DNA of 63,326 nucleotides, the filler included, from Catajapyx aquilonaris (lineage: Eukaryota): assembly GCA_000934665.2 (NCBI GenBank). It is 4 parts of 4 records of this genome, joined end to end, with 100 filler letters (N's around TTAATTAATTAA, not from the genome) between each part and the next. Parts side by side here need not be neighbours in the genome. Positions count along the whole stretch, not along the records: positions 1 to 15,803 come from JYFJ02007403.1; 3 more parts are not named here. The stretch is one strand, 5' to 3'. This document shows positions 1 to 13,083 of the stretch, piece after piece. Position 1 is the first letter of the stretch, and each line of letters starts with the position of its first letter. The position numbers were made by a program, and so were the translations under genes. The notes under the pieces were generated by a model, which ran no database searches, had not been told where the DNA came from, and saw nothing but the letters and a program-made list of their open reading frames with translations.

Positions 1-9
1 TAACTAATT

Positions 10-650
10 TTACTGACCCTTAAAATGTACCAATTTGGTCAACTGCTGTCGGATTTTATTGAAATGCAAATTGGAAGTAAATTGTTTTGCAGCGTGTGTT
101 GATCGTAAGTTTATGTACTTCATTGCAAATTGCAATGGCACGAATGAGGTGGACCAAACGATTGTCTGGGCCCGACTGGTCTCTTGTATGCTGCTCCAGT
201 TTTTGGAAAATGTCCTTGCCTACAAAACACTTGAGCACCTTTGACACCAATGTATTATTATGTGATGGGCTTGACCTGGACATGGAATTAAGTTCTACTC
301 TGACCCCTTTTTCTGACACCTCACATACCCCGATAACATCCTCCGCGGGAAATACCAACCCACCATGGTTTTTCCTCTCAATGAGTGAGTGAGCTGTATG
401 GGGCACATCCGCTGGTATATCATCAAGCACTTCTATCCTCACATATAATCGTTCTTCTCAGGGACCGAACCACAAATCCTGCTGTATATGAAACAATGCG
501 ATTTGCAAATTCCGACAAGATAACAGAACTCTCACTCATGCAATAGTCATGGTCAATTTCGTGTGAAAGAGGCAGCTGATCACTGACAGGGAGCATGCGG
601 CTGCGTGTACATGAGGTGTTGATTCTTTCACTCTTTGTTGGTTCTTTCAC
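10..650 (-). pseudogene. P-element/THAP9-type transposase, C-terminal fragment with frameshifts
   Basis: Three frames join into a typical THAP9-like C-terminus: DHDY..LSEFANRIVSYTAGFVVRSLRRTIICED / SLIERKNHGGLVFPAEDVIGVCEVSEK..LVHLIRAI / KYINLRSTHAAKQF..KIRQQLTKLVHFKGQ* (stop at 10-12). Confidence 0.85.
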
Positions 651-737
651 TTTAGTTTACTTTTGCAGCCCTGGTTCTGAATGATTAATACTTAAGCCGA
701 CTTAAGGGGAATTCCCCGCTCGCCCGTCGGCTCGCCC

Positions 738-1889
738 CTGGGTAATTCCAGGAGAGTTCAACAAGTGCATAACACCCCCACATTTTTTGATATTTTTGAG
801 AATTGGTACACGAGATTCCACCGACGACACTAGTGTAATGTGCGGTTTTCGGGCGCCTGGGACCAACGGGTCACGTGTGAGGTCAAGGGGGAAAAATTGA
901 CGATAGAAAAAAACGTCTATTTCGCTTCATATCTCAGTAGCTATTCGTTCCATCGCAATGGTTCATGTGTCATTCGAATCCAAATGGCTGGGGGATTAAT
1001 AAAACATGAAATAAAATATTTATTTTAAATAATTAGGCAAAAAATTTGAGAGGTCAAATATTTGACCTTTTGACCTGGACAGTCTGACAGGATATACGAG
1101 TCTGATATTTAGTACAGTATAACAGGGCACCATTATGGACATGTTCCTGAAAGATTTAGAATCCACCCAATTTTTGAGCTTACTTGTCTTAACTGGAGTT
1201 TCGCACAATGAGCTCAGGGCTCTGTTCACATCAAATCCGGATATTTCAGGATCATGAAATGGTGGTGATGACGACGACGACTTTTCTGATGAGAGTCCCC
1301 CCGCATCGGAATCGCTACCCATCATTTTCGTGTGCACACTAGATGAGCTGGGGCCAGGTTCATCTTGTGATTCCATATTGCCACTTGAAATTGTTTCTTA
1401 GTTTTCACAGGGAGGTGCACAACGACATGGTCGGCTTTCCAGTCTACAGCTTGGACACCATTTTTCACCGGGTACAACTTGAGGTGCTCGTTGCTTGATT
1501 CTTTCATAAGATGCGTGAGAAATAATTTGAAGTCCCCCTTTTTTAACTCCGTCGTTGTGTAGTTGGAATGGGTTGCAACATTTTCGTTGCAATGCGGAAT
1601 ATTGCTCCAGAAATATCTGTTCATGATGGAAACAAATGTTTTCGATTGCTGCAGGAAGCTTTCTGGCCCGAAGAGAGAGTAGCCATTTGTCCTTTTCGTT
1701 GGGCACTGAAGCACAATACCATGCAGTGCTCCCCTGCTTGACACTGACCACAAGTGACTTCTTACTCTGCTGTATATGCAAATAATCCAACAATAGGCAC
1801 CGAAGCTTAGGTACGCCCCCCCAGGTGTGAACTGAGCATGCCAATAAGATCTTAACCGAGTCAGCACTTGGATGTTTACAGTCGGGCAT
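738..1889 (-). mobile_element. Sola2-like DNA transposon remnant (terminus-like region plus N-terminal transposase fragment)
   Basis: ORF 1398-1889 has ICFHHEQIFLEQYS..RKCCNPFQLH..VVPGEKWCPSC. It frameshifts into 1020-1376 (VNRALSSLCETPVK). A GGGTAATTCCA terminus-like sequence lies near 740. The family call is from recalled motifs. Confidence 0.5.
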
Positions 1890-2459
1890 GATTCATTGCA
1901 AGGCCTCTACTTTGTAGGATCAGATGCCAATAACTCACGGCAGCAGGGTTCTATACACAAGCAGATTATCCGAAGTGAGGTCACCCTGATAGCAATGACA
2001 AAAACAATATTACTTAAGCTCTGGAATGTTACAAAGTGACTGAGAATGGCATGAAGAAGATCGGAAACCGTCACAAGTCTGGATGAAGAATTCCTCCGAG
2101 CAGCATCACTGAGGTATAATCCGCGTCAATGATTAGTGAGTGATATCTTGATGACAATATTGTAATTGTGAACAACTTATGATAACGAAATGCCAATGAT
2201 CTGCCAAAATCACCAAAATGACTTGCATACATGGACGACTTCCGAAGCACTTGGATGGTCTGCTGTTCCTGGTGGTTGTGGTTTCCTGGGAGACGTCGAC
2301 ATAAACGACCTCGTCTTGTGACAACTGCTGCGTGACGTTTAGCTGAACTGGAGCTGGTACTGGGGGTTTGTCACTGGATTTGGCGCAGCTCCCACTGCTG
2401 ATTTGCAAGTTGTCCTCAGGTGTTTCTAGGTTGCTTTCATTCAATTCCTGGTAGAGTAC

Positions 2460-2640
2460 TGCATTGTGGACGGTTTTTGGTCTAGCCTCTTGCTTAAGCT
2501 TATTTCTGGCTACAGGGTTCATGAAGTCGTTTTGCTCGAAATGAGCAGAGTAAATGCGCCTGCCTCTCAGTTTTGAGTCCTCCAGATGTACTAGAGAGTC
2601 ATCCCTGCCGCAAGCCAAGATCAAATCCATGCATCTGCAA
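2460..2640 (-). pseudogene. Degenerate THAP zinc-finger domain fragment
   Basis: ILACGRDD..RRIYSAHFEQNDFMNPVARNKLKQEARP matches the THAP C-terminal consensus (ICSxHF..F...LKxxAVP), but the Cys is lost. Confidence 0.65.
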
Positions 2641-2969
2641 TATTGCGCAAGTTTTACTAACATGTTTCAGCTGTCACGTTTCAATATATGATTAATTACA
2701 CTACATCACGTTAGGTATATGTCTGACGTCATGAGGTATATGTCTGACATCCCATGTTTTAAAATGTAAGTTATTTGAAGCCGACTAAGGGTAATTTTGA
2801 CTCTTGTGGTACGGTATCTTCTACAGCAGTCGTCAGGTTGGCAACGCTGTGCAAGATTCAAGCACGATGTTGCTCCTACAGGACCCGGCGCACGGGGGCA
2901 GGATTATGCAGAGAACACTACTGTAGACGGTGATGACGGTAGCAAGGACCACAATCTGCGGGCCACATT

Positions 2970-3985
2970 GAAAGGCCGCAGAATTGCGGACTTGGATGCC
3001 GTCATAGGAAGAGCTCGGCAACTGGAGAGCCATAGGTCTGCATATTAATAATTCTAGTAGGATATTTGAACACAAACGTCTTTTTGTTACTTACACTGAT
3101 CTTTTGCTTCTCTTCTAGCTGCCCAAAAATGGGCAAGATGGCCTTTGTCAAAGACCATCCCAGAGGATTGGAAAGAAGGCTCCTGTTTGTGTGCAACAAG
3201 TGCGGCTGTCGCGGGGCTGTCGCCAATGGCTCAACTGCAATGAGTCCCACACACCTCCAAATCACTTTCCTGAACAACATGAAGGCCTTGGCCTTAAAGA
3301 TTTAGTTGTGTGGGGCTCACTGAGTGTGGGGATGGGACGCCACTACAGGAACTGTTGGGGGTTATGGCCTTCAAACTCGTTCCTTAGTCGGGAGAAAAAA
3401 TACTCGGACCGGTAAGTTGGGCACTAGCACATCCATGGCATAACAGCATTTTCATCATTATACTAAAAAATGGCTTTACTTTAGCTCTGGGAGAAAACCT
3501 TGTCTACCTCCAAGGAAGAGAGGCTGGACGAGAGGAGATGAAGCTTGCCTCTGAAGCGGGCCGTATGTATCCAGGCAAGCCCTGGATGCCGCTGGATAAG
3601 AGTGGTCGTCAATGGGGGCTGGTCCCAACGCTCATACGACCACAGGTATACGGCTCTCTCTGGATGTGCTCTTATCATAGGCTTTTTCGCTTTTATATAC
3701 GAGAAAGATACTGTTTCTGGGGTAAAAAAAAATATATGATGTCCTGCATGTTCCCGTTCAGAGAGGCAGGGTAAAGATCCATCAAGGGCAAGTCACTTTT
3801 GCTTTCGGAACTGGGCCGGAAGCTCAACAGCAATGGAATCTTCCGTTTGGGGGGAGGGCTTCCAAGGCAGTTTCGAAATGCACGGACTGATTTACAAGGA
3901 GTTCGTTTGTGACGGTGATTCGAGCGTTTACTCTGATATCACAAGTCAAGTCTCATACGGCCTCACCATATAGAAATTTGAGTGC
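2970..3985 (+). pseudogene. Kolobok/Mutator-like DDE transposase, fragmented
   Basis: Motifs spread across frames: RRIADL, FVCNKCG, VVVNGGWSQRSYDHRYTALSGCALIIG, FCFRNWAGSSTAME, HGLIYKEFVCDGDSSVY..KFEC. Multiple stops and frameshifts. Confidence 0.8.
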
Positions 3986-4312
3986 CCCTTCTCCACCCGG
4001 GTTAATTTTTTTCATATGGGATGGCTGTACAGTTTGTGGGGAAAGTCGAGGTCGCTAAAGGGTGAGGNCCCCCCCCCCCCCCAAGCGCATCCTAGAATGC
4101 ACTGGAATGTGTCGAACATAGCTGTGATGGACCCGCAAAGGTTATTCCAGTCGCCAGGAATCTGTAAAATGTTGTAGTTAGAGAGGTTTACGTCACGGAT
4201 TAGTGTAGTTCATGTAAGACCGAATATTTCGGTATTGCTTAAAATTGCATAAAGCTGGTGCCACCTGCATGTTGTTGTTGCTGATTATAACAATGTGATA
4301 TTGTGTTTGCAG

Positions 4313-5081
4313 TGAGTCAAGCGCAGAAGCGCTGGAGGAATCTGAGGGACGCTTTCAAGAAAGCCCTTAGGCAAGAGACCAACATCCCCTCTGGAAGTGG
4401 TAGGAAGAACAAGAAGCAGTACTTTTATTTTAACCAGCTCTCCTTCCTTGAAAGCACCATGACACCGCGAAGGTATGTGGTATTGCCTCTCTCCTGATGT
4501 GCACAACTTTACCTATGCCATACTAACTTGCGTTGTGTGATTGTAGGACCTTGGGGTGCCCGCCTGCACTCGCTCAGGCTGACGTTACGATCACGGAAGG
4601 AGAGGGTGTTGCGGAGGAGGACGGTGATAGTGAAGGCGCTGCGGATGATGGGGATGACGACGTACATGGGAGCGATGGTGGTGCCCTTTCCCCTGATCAA
4701 GTACGAGCAAGCAGTACACCTGGACCTGGCGGTGGCCGCCCAAATGGCCGAAGACCGAAGAAGCAGAAAGTTACTACTTTTGAATCGAGCATGCTGCACC
4801 TTCTTCGGGAGAAGAATACTCCTGAACCCAGCGCAGACAAATCCTTTCTGATGTCCCTTCTCCCAACCCTAGCAAGTCTCCCCGAAAATCAAAAATTTGC
4901 CGCAAGAAGAGCCCTCATGGACGCCCTGGACAGATTCACAATGAATCCACCTCCCGCCTCCGCACCACCCCCATTACCACCACAGCAATACTACCCATAT
5001 ATGTACCCGACCGAACCCAACCAATACCCAACCTGTCACTATGCGATCCCTCCAGCCGATACACCTTCAGGCCCCCACTGA
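4313..5081 (+). mobile_element. Harbinger accessory protein (MADF/Myb-SANT plus BESS-like), 5'-degenerate, spliced
   Basis: Exon ~4313-4472 encodes AQKRWRNLRDAFKK..PSGSG..YFYFNQLSFL, followed by a GT-AG intron and a later DKSFLMSLLPTLASLP..KFAAR motif. Confidence 0.75.
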
Positions 5082-5148
5082 TATTTTGTTGATATTATTG
5101 TGCATCAGGGTAATAAAAAGCTGAGTAATAATTATGTGATAATCATAC

Positions 5149-5474
5149 CTTAATGTCTCTGCGAGCCTTTCTTCGGGGGGTACAGCTCGACGCATGTTGG
5201 TGTCTTGGAATGTGATAGAGGGTCGCAATTGTCCCAGCAGGTCATCAAATGAAGTCACGCTCATGCGATAGTATCCAAAGAATTGTTTGGGATACCTTCT
5301 CAGCTCATCATGAAGGATGTAGAATTTCCCTTTCATTTGTCTTTGAAGCACTATAGGATGCGTCCACCATTCTCTGTTGCGTGGCTTCTTCCTCCTGCGG
5401 TACACCAGGACAGTGGCCACACATGCAGCCGTCTGGAAGTCCATCTCGCAACGCGTTTGGACACTTTTTGACAT
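5149..5474 (-). pseudogene. PIF/Harbinger nuclease, N-terminal exon only
   Basis: REWWTHPI..KGKFYILHDELRRYPKQFFGYYRMSVTSFDDLL..ITFQDTNMRRAVPPEERLAETLR, then a GT donor. The DDE core is absent. Convergent with the MADF ORF. Confidence 0.85.
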
Positions 5475-6667
5475 AGCCTATTAATTGGTTTTGGGGACTG
5501 TATGAGTAATTTATTTTGTGGCGTTTTTTTTTTTTTGCCCAGGGTTTCCTTGTGATGTATTTAAATAAAGCTCTTGAACTCCCCCCCCCCCCTCTCCACT
5601 CCTGCTGGGCCGCGGGGGATGGGGTAACTAAAGGATCATTTGGTACTAACTCTGTAATGAAAAAGAGTGCACGGTCAGCCATCAGGCAAATTTATCACGC
5701 ACATTTCTGGCTTGCAGTCGATACATTCACGAAATAATTCGGATGAGCCAGCGAAAAATATTGGGAAGCACTGATTCTATTAATGGGAAATGAAACTTTT
5801 GGCATTGTTTCTGATTTGAAACCAAGATATTTAACTGACATGGAGTAAGTTACCGTATGCAACTGAAAATGGAATAAAATTATTATGCATGTATGTGGCT
5901 ACTGCAAAAAGAACGCTACTATTCTCATAATGACCCACACTAATGTTGCTTAGTTTATTTTTTTATTTTTTTCTGTCTCCATATGTCCCACCTTCGTGTC
6001 TTCTAAAAGCCATATGGCCTGAGTTGCTTTCACGACTTCCCACTCAAACAAACTGAGAAATAACTGAATAACCTATACAGTAGAACAAGCTCGCTGTTCT
6101 GATAAATGTGGAGTCTTGGTTATGAAAGTGGACACATTGCCTGCCTAATGTGGTGATACGTCAAGTACAGTAGTAGTACTTTTTGCCTAGGTACTACTTT
6201 TTTCTATCAGTCGTGCATTGGTTTCACCCGACGTACTGTACTTAACAATAGCAGCACTGTTGTACGTAAATCAACATTACTAAACATATGTGAACATTAC
6301 AAACCCGAACCATCACAGTAACCTTACAATTCTCTGAGATGCAAAGACGTATTTCAAACAGAAATCTATATTATTAATACCCTACTGTGATGACGATTTC
6401 TGCCGCTGTGCACGGCCTACAGAGTTGGGAGTGGCCTCAACATTTAGCCCGCGTGTTCTATATTTGCAATAGACTTTTGTTTTTTTGGAAAAAAGTGCCC
6501 ATGGAATTTGAAAATCGCAAATACCACGAGGGTCAAGGTCACTTCGCCAACGCTGCAGGCAAATAAATTATGTAACAACTTGAAGATCACGATGTCCTGA
6601 CTATTATTTCACAAATCAGTCTTTATTGTCCCGAAACGGAAAGGCCCCGAAGGTAAATGTTTCCACA

Positions 6668-9600
6668 CTAGTGTTGAGACCTGCCAAGCAAAAAGGTGTA
6701 CATCTCCATGGGCTCAGCCGACAACGGAGTCCTCTTGTCTACAGCGGTGGCGTTGAACATGAGCGACAGGGACATCCGGCGCACCTTGGAGCCGAACAAG
6801 GTCGGAAACACTCGGCTCAGGTTCACCTATGGTGAGTAAGTGACATGTGACAATAACTGATTGCAAAAGAAGTGATGAAACAGTCGTACCTTTCCAGAAC
6901 CAGTGGTCCACTCTGAACTGAAGCAGCAGTCGTGCCCTAGCCGACGCATGACCAAGGCGGTGTCACCCGCGGGCAACAACTCTTCGTCGGACGAAGGTGC
7001 AGGTTGCAACAATGGAAACAGAGTCACCAGCTGCATGTCCGCTGGGAAGTCATCTGCAGCGGGAGAGTATGACGGAAGGAGGGCGGTATCATCATGTGAT
7101 CCTGTCCATATCAATCTGTAGACTGGATGGAGGAGGTTGTCCAGTGCTTGGTGGGACAGTAAAGATGGGAAGCCTGCTGGGTGGGATGGCGGGGGACCCT
7201 GGAAGCAACACATGAGCATGTAATTATTTGAAGGATAAATAAAGTGAATTCCTCGATAATACGACCAACTTACCCTACAACCAGCCTTCTTGTGCTCCAA
7301 AAGCAACAGAAAGCGATTAGAAGTCAATCGATTGTCCATGACCGATTCTCTCAAGCCACGCTGATCGTCCTGGTTCAATCTCCTGTCTTGCATCACCTAT
7401 GGGAACAGTACTGTCGATTTAAATTGTCCGAAACTCTTGAACAAATAGTGCAAACCATACCTCAATCCAACCTGGTTGAAGTGCAGCCACGCCAAGAGGC
7501 TGAGCAGTCAGCAGGGTCAGTCGCTTCTCTGAGTCTTCAATGAAGGCTGACGTCGGCATGGGGTAGAAGTTGGCCTGCAGGGGCAACTTGGCGAAGGTCT
7601 TGCGTCGCACCATCTGACATAGAAATTTGCTTTAATGATAATTATGTGCATGTCAGACGACAACAATGGAATTCACCTGGAAACCGTTCAAGTCGGAAAA
7701 CCATTCGTCTCCGTTTGAAATCGAGGTGCTGATCCTCATGGCCAGCTCGAAGTTATTCTCGCCCCGTATGTCCACAGTGTTTTGGATGACTAGTGCACCT
7801 CCATCCACACCTGTGAAGTAAGTTTGGTAAAAAGGAGGCACGCAAGCAGAGATAATTGCCTAACCTGCTGTGTTGTGAAGAAGTACTCTATGTTGAACAT
7901 GCGGTAGGTGGACCTCAACGTACGAAACTAACGGCCCTTGCACCACTCGGATGTTTGGGTTTGCAGGATGTATGGTTGTGGCCTCGCCGTTTGGAAGGAA
8001 CAGGTAAGCACCACTCATTTCTCGAGGGATGTACAATTTTCGCCACCAACCACTATACGCATAAGACATGCACCAAACAAGATAAAAAATTCCTTCAGCA
8101 GACTACACACTTACTTTTTGGCTCCGTACTTCACGAATGAGAGACGAACTTTCACAGTCTTGTTGTCATCCAGTGTGGTGATGCAACTTAACAGTCCATT
8201 TCCATCGAACTCGGCTTTTAGGCGAGTGTTGGATATCTGCACTATTTGCCCTGAGGTCAGCTTGGTCAGGATGAACGGAGTCACTTCTGTGGGTGCATCC
8301 TTGAAAGTGACTTGAGCTGGTGTCGCAACACTGAAATGTCATACATTTTTGTTTGCTTACAACCCAGCAGGAAGAGAACAACAGAAAGTAGCACCTATAC
8401 TCAGCGACTCTGTCATCGGGAACGACAGTTTGAACGAACACAGACTGCAGAGAGAGGGCCGACACCTGGACCGAAAACACCAAGTCGTACTGATCGGTGG
8501 ACATCTCATTTCCAGCCAGAAAAACCGGGTTCACCTGACACGGAAGCAAATTTCCCGTCGAACCAACCACCTGGAATGAAAATATTGTTGCGGACGATTT
8601 GTGCTTCAAAGACACTTTTTAAAGGTGTTAAAGGTGTCGTGCGATAACGAATCGAATAAGAGGTTTTCGCTGGCTTGTGGACACACCTTGACTCTGGGAG
8701 TCGATACCCGCAGAACTACATTTTCCTGTCGTGTCCTTTCACTAGGGTTGTACAGGACGACTCGACGAGACGTCACTCCTTCCTCGAAGGTCATCAGGGT
8801 CTTCTCTGGAGGTGTGAAGTAGTCGGAACGATTGTCGTCCATATCAAAGTATATCGCGTCCTCAGCCACATACTCCTTCTGAGAAAATCACGCGAAGATA
8901 GTCGCAACAATTGGGAATGTGATCAAAACATGGAAGTTGGCACAGTAGCTGCGTTTACCTTGGAAGGAAAGACCAGATAGTGTGCACACTGTTGGATGAC
9001 CTGCTGGAGATTCCCTATGCTGCCAATCATCCTGCAAAACACAATCTGCGAGTCAGACCATCTCCCCACACTTTGTTCTGACCTTGTGCTCTGACTTATT
9101 GCCGTAGTCGACGACCACTCTTTTTCTGGCTGTGCCCGTGATTCCGTCGTGATGCTGGAACAGCCCAAGGTTCCTTCGGGCCTTCACCACGTGCTTCATC
9201 AGCGAAGTGATGACTGGAGGTACGGCATGGGTGTGCAGGGCCATATCGGCCAGCGTGATTGAATAAATCACTTCTGCAGCTCTGAAACATAACTTATTCA
9301 CTCTAGAGACATATCCAGAAATTGTCTAGCGATGAGCCTGTACTCACCTGAGGTATCCCTCCAACTCTCTCTCAACCCCCTTGTTGAAAGGCCTGGAGGT
9401 GAAATAGCCACTCCAGTACTCTTCGTTCCGATCTGCGTAAGTGAAGAAGTCTCCAGACAAGCTCGGGAAGTAGCTGTCCATCCCCGAGGACCCAACCTCT
9501 TCTCGTACCGCCTCGAAGTAGTCAGACAGAGTGGCGAACTTGGCCTACCATAAAAGACAAAGCGGGACAAAGCACGTCATTAGTATGGAAACTGACAGCA

Positions 9601-11448
9601 ACTGAACCAGTTCATACTGTAGATAGTGGGTGTGTACCTCCACGTAAAAGTCCTCTTGCTGGTTCATATAATCGAAGAGCTTCTTGTAGTTGTTGAACTG
9701 GAGGTCCCACTCTGACTCCACGGAGTACCTGAAGTCGTCCCCCAAGGGAACCAGAAGAGCTTGGGTCCGGTACAGCTGAGACTTCTTGCGGTATTGGTCC
9801 AGGAGCAGCAGCGATCTGGAGATAACAAAATAAGGAAGGTACAGAATCACGAGAGGGTCCAGATGGGACAGAACACAACGGATTAGAGGAGATTCAAATT
9901 AGTTTGAAGGAAGATTCACCTCTCCCTGACGTTGTTGTCATCGATGGGCTTGGGCGCTTCATTCCAAGGACACCTGTACAGTCCTTCTGGCATTCGAGAG
10001 AAGTCAAACTGGCAACAAACCCTGGGGTCAGGCCCGCACGAGTAAGGAGCGGCGTAGCTGGAGAAAGGCATCATGTGACAGAACATGTCTGTGGACTCGG
10101 ACTGATCTGGAACACACCGATTGATGGGCTTAGTTTGAAACTATATATTCGTAGCGACATGTAGTACACTGACTGACCCCACATTTGACGCCATCTGAAC
10201 TCCAGGTTCTGCCTGAGGGCCAGCTGCTTCTTGACGGCGTAATGAACCCGCTGGATGACCATGTTGTCCATCCCCATTCTCTTCAGCAGATAGGCCATTG
10301 TTGGCGACAGTCCGAACGGGTCGATGGACCAACCGGTGCTGGAGGAAGCAAAGTGCGGCGGTTAAGACTGGTTTTGTTGGCAACTAGGCATCACCTACGT
10401 CGGTCTGTAATTCAAATGGTGGGCCAACCACTGGTGTCCTTCGATCAGCTGTTCCAAGATTGCATAGAAGTGCGTGTTTGCTTCGTCGGGCATCACCCAA
10501 CCGCCAGTCACGAATTCCAGTTGCGTGTTGTCTACCAGCCTGCCAAGTACAGGGTGTTTCACCTTACAGCACTTGAAAACCGGTTTTGGTACTGTATACT
10601 GTACCTTTTGACCGCCTCTCGTGCATCCTGTCCCTGCTCGCTCCACCAGAGCGCAAAGAAGGATATCTCAGCCCAGATGAACTTCCTAGCTGGATCCTCC
10701 TGGAGCTTCTTCACCATGTGATCCAATATCCACCTGGTGTATCCCTGGTAGTAGCCCTCGAACGTGTTACGCCAACCTGCAATGTCCGTTTCAAGTGATA
10801 GCCTCACATTTAAAAAAATGTGCCTCAACAAAACAACAATCATAAGTACGTATTTGCTGACCTGGATCGTTGTGAGAGTGAGGCACCAGAAACACCTTGA
10901 GCTTATTCCTCCTGTTCCACTGCCTCTGACTGTAAGTGATGTCCCAGCCTTGCTTCCACGCACCACCATTCGGGTTGTCGAAGCTCATTGTCTTGTACAT
11001 ATTCAGCATCTGTCATTGTGACAATAAGAGTTTAGTCCACAACTACGCACATTTCAGTTGGAATACCATCTTGTCTGACCTGCACATCAGGCGTCGACGG
11101 AGCCCGTCTCGCGTACTGGCATCCATCGACATCAGGAACAGGAGCCATCCATGACCTAGTCTGGTTGACTGGCCTGTAGTCACCTTCAGTCTCTCCAAAC
11201 ATATCAACCAGGATGTCCCTGATCTCCTTCAGTGACTTCCTGTTCGCCTGAAGATCCAGGTCCAGTTTCTTCATCCTGTCCTCCAGCCTCTGGAATCACT
11301 TTCTGTCAACAACACTGCTCTGTTTCAATCATAACCAGGATATGTGCTGATGGCTTCCGAAGGCCATTGAACTTGCCTTTTCCGGGCTGGCAGGTACGGT
11401 ATGAGGAATGTCCAGATGCAGGATAAGCACGGAGTAGAGGACAAAGCA
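6668..11448 (-). CDS. MAN2A: Golgi alpha-mannosidase II (GH38), multi-exon; start codon not visible
   Basis: Conserved motifs: [130 protein letters not shown]. The last exon ends ..[15 protein letters not shown] at 6668. Introns are short. The transmembrane exon is cut at a single N (11449). Confidence 0.95.
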
Positions 11449-11754
11449 NATCGTTATGTTTTGGGCACTATTATGAACTCTAAAGAATATTTTAAAAATT
11501 CTATACAAATTCAGGAATTTCTGGATTAATGTTTGTGACCTTCGTGATTGCACAAAAATGGGGGGGGGGGCGCTCGCCTAGCCGTCAAAAATTCGCGATT
11601 AGTTGCTCTGTAAAATAAATTTGCACATGTGTGAAGGACATGAAGAGGACATGTGGCTATCCCACACAGGAATAATATACTGCATCATTAATACGAATAA
11701 TTATTAAAACTGTAACTATGTGCTGAAGCAGATTTGCTATCTCGATGAAACAAT

Positions 11755-13083
11755 TTGCACCATTTTTGGGACTCTCTCAACAGTCGTGAAGGAGAGCAGA
11801 CGTGTCTTATCACCTCCCCGCCACCAACAAGTAAAACGGGGGCGCTTTCTAGTCCCATCAAAATGGTGACCAAGGAAGACATCAAGGAGCTGATGGACCA
11901 GTTGCAGAGGAATTTAGAAGACAAGATTGATGAAGCCAGAATAACCCTGGAGCGAAGGCAGGACGACCAAACTGTGAAGATCCAAGGTGCCATGGAGGAA
12001 ATGTCCACTCGGATCAGAGACTTGGAAGACGAAAATGGGCTACTCGTGGCTAAATTGGATAAGCTCCAGACAAGGTTGGTGGACTACGAGGATCGAACAA
12101 GAAGGTCTAATTTACTCATCTTCGGGATTGAGGGACAAGAGAAGGAACCATGGGAGGAGACCGAGATTCATTGTAGGAACTTCTTCCAACACTTCCGACT
12201 CCACCCCAAACCATCCACAATTGACATTGAACGTGCTCACAGGCTGGGTCAAATGGGCCGTTTCAGACCCATAATAGTGAAATTCTTACGATTCCCGGAT
12301 AGAGATGTGATACTACGCAATGCCAAACACCTGGCAGGAACAAACTACTCCATATCGGAAGATTTTTCGCAGGAAACACGCGAGCAGAGGCGCGATTTAG
12401 TTCCGTTTCTGCGTGAGGCCAAGGCCAAAAACCAGAGGGCCTATTTGCGTGTGAACCATTTGGTCATCAACGGGAAGCAGTTTGACCTAAACGAGGAAAG
12501 GGACGCACTTGTGGAGAGGGTTAGAGCAAATTACAGTCAAAAGCATCAGAAGGATGGGGCCCAAGCACAGAGGGACGGTCCACAGTCTACTGGACCATAC
12601 GGAAGATCGAAAAGAGGAAGAGATTCACCGATGGACCGATCAATAACGAAACGTCTCAACCCCTGGAATACCCCGGAGTTGCCGCATCGAGAAGAGGGGA
12701 CAGAGGTAGGAGGGTCTCCTGACGATCCACCACAAAGAGACCCAGACAACCCTGGATCCCCATCGCTACTGGAAACTGTTACATTGGAGGGCCAGACCAT
12801 CGAGAAGTTAGTTGCACAACCTCAGGAAGGAACTGCCGAGCAAGTCAAATTCGGACTGGGAAAATTCCAATTTCAAACGCAACAGGCGCAGCAACATAAC
12901 GTACCCCCTGGACACTGGGCTTCATTACAGGAGAGCCAGCAATTGAAGAAAACAAACGCTGAACAATATGAGGCAACAGACCAAACGGCGGTGGAAGATC
13001 AAGAACGGGTGCTGACGACCGGGGGACCGTGGAAGAAGATGGCTAACCGGGGCAGAGGGCGTGGCACTGGGGGTCAGAAGTGA
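11755..13083 (+). mobile_element. LINE ORF1 (coiled coil plus L1-ORF1/RRM-like domain)
   Basis: RRSNLLIFGIE..IDIERAHRLG..RPIIVKF..DRDVILRNAKHLAGTNYSISEDFS; uninterrupted ORF, first ATG near 11862. Confidence 0.9.

Noticed and set aside
10185..10721. 178-aa plus-strand ORF and similar antisense ORFs over mannosidase, PHKA and the GPCR
   Set aside because: Shadow ORFs opposite real exons, with no independent motifs.
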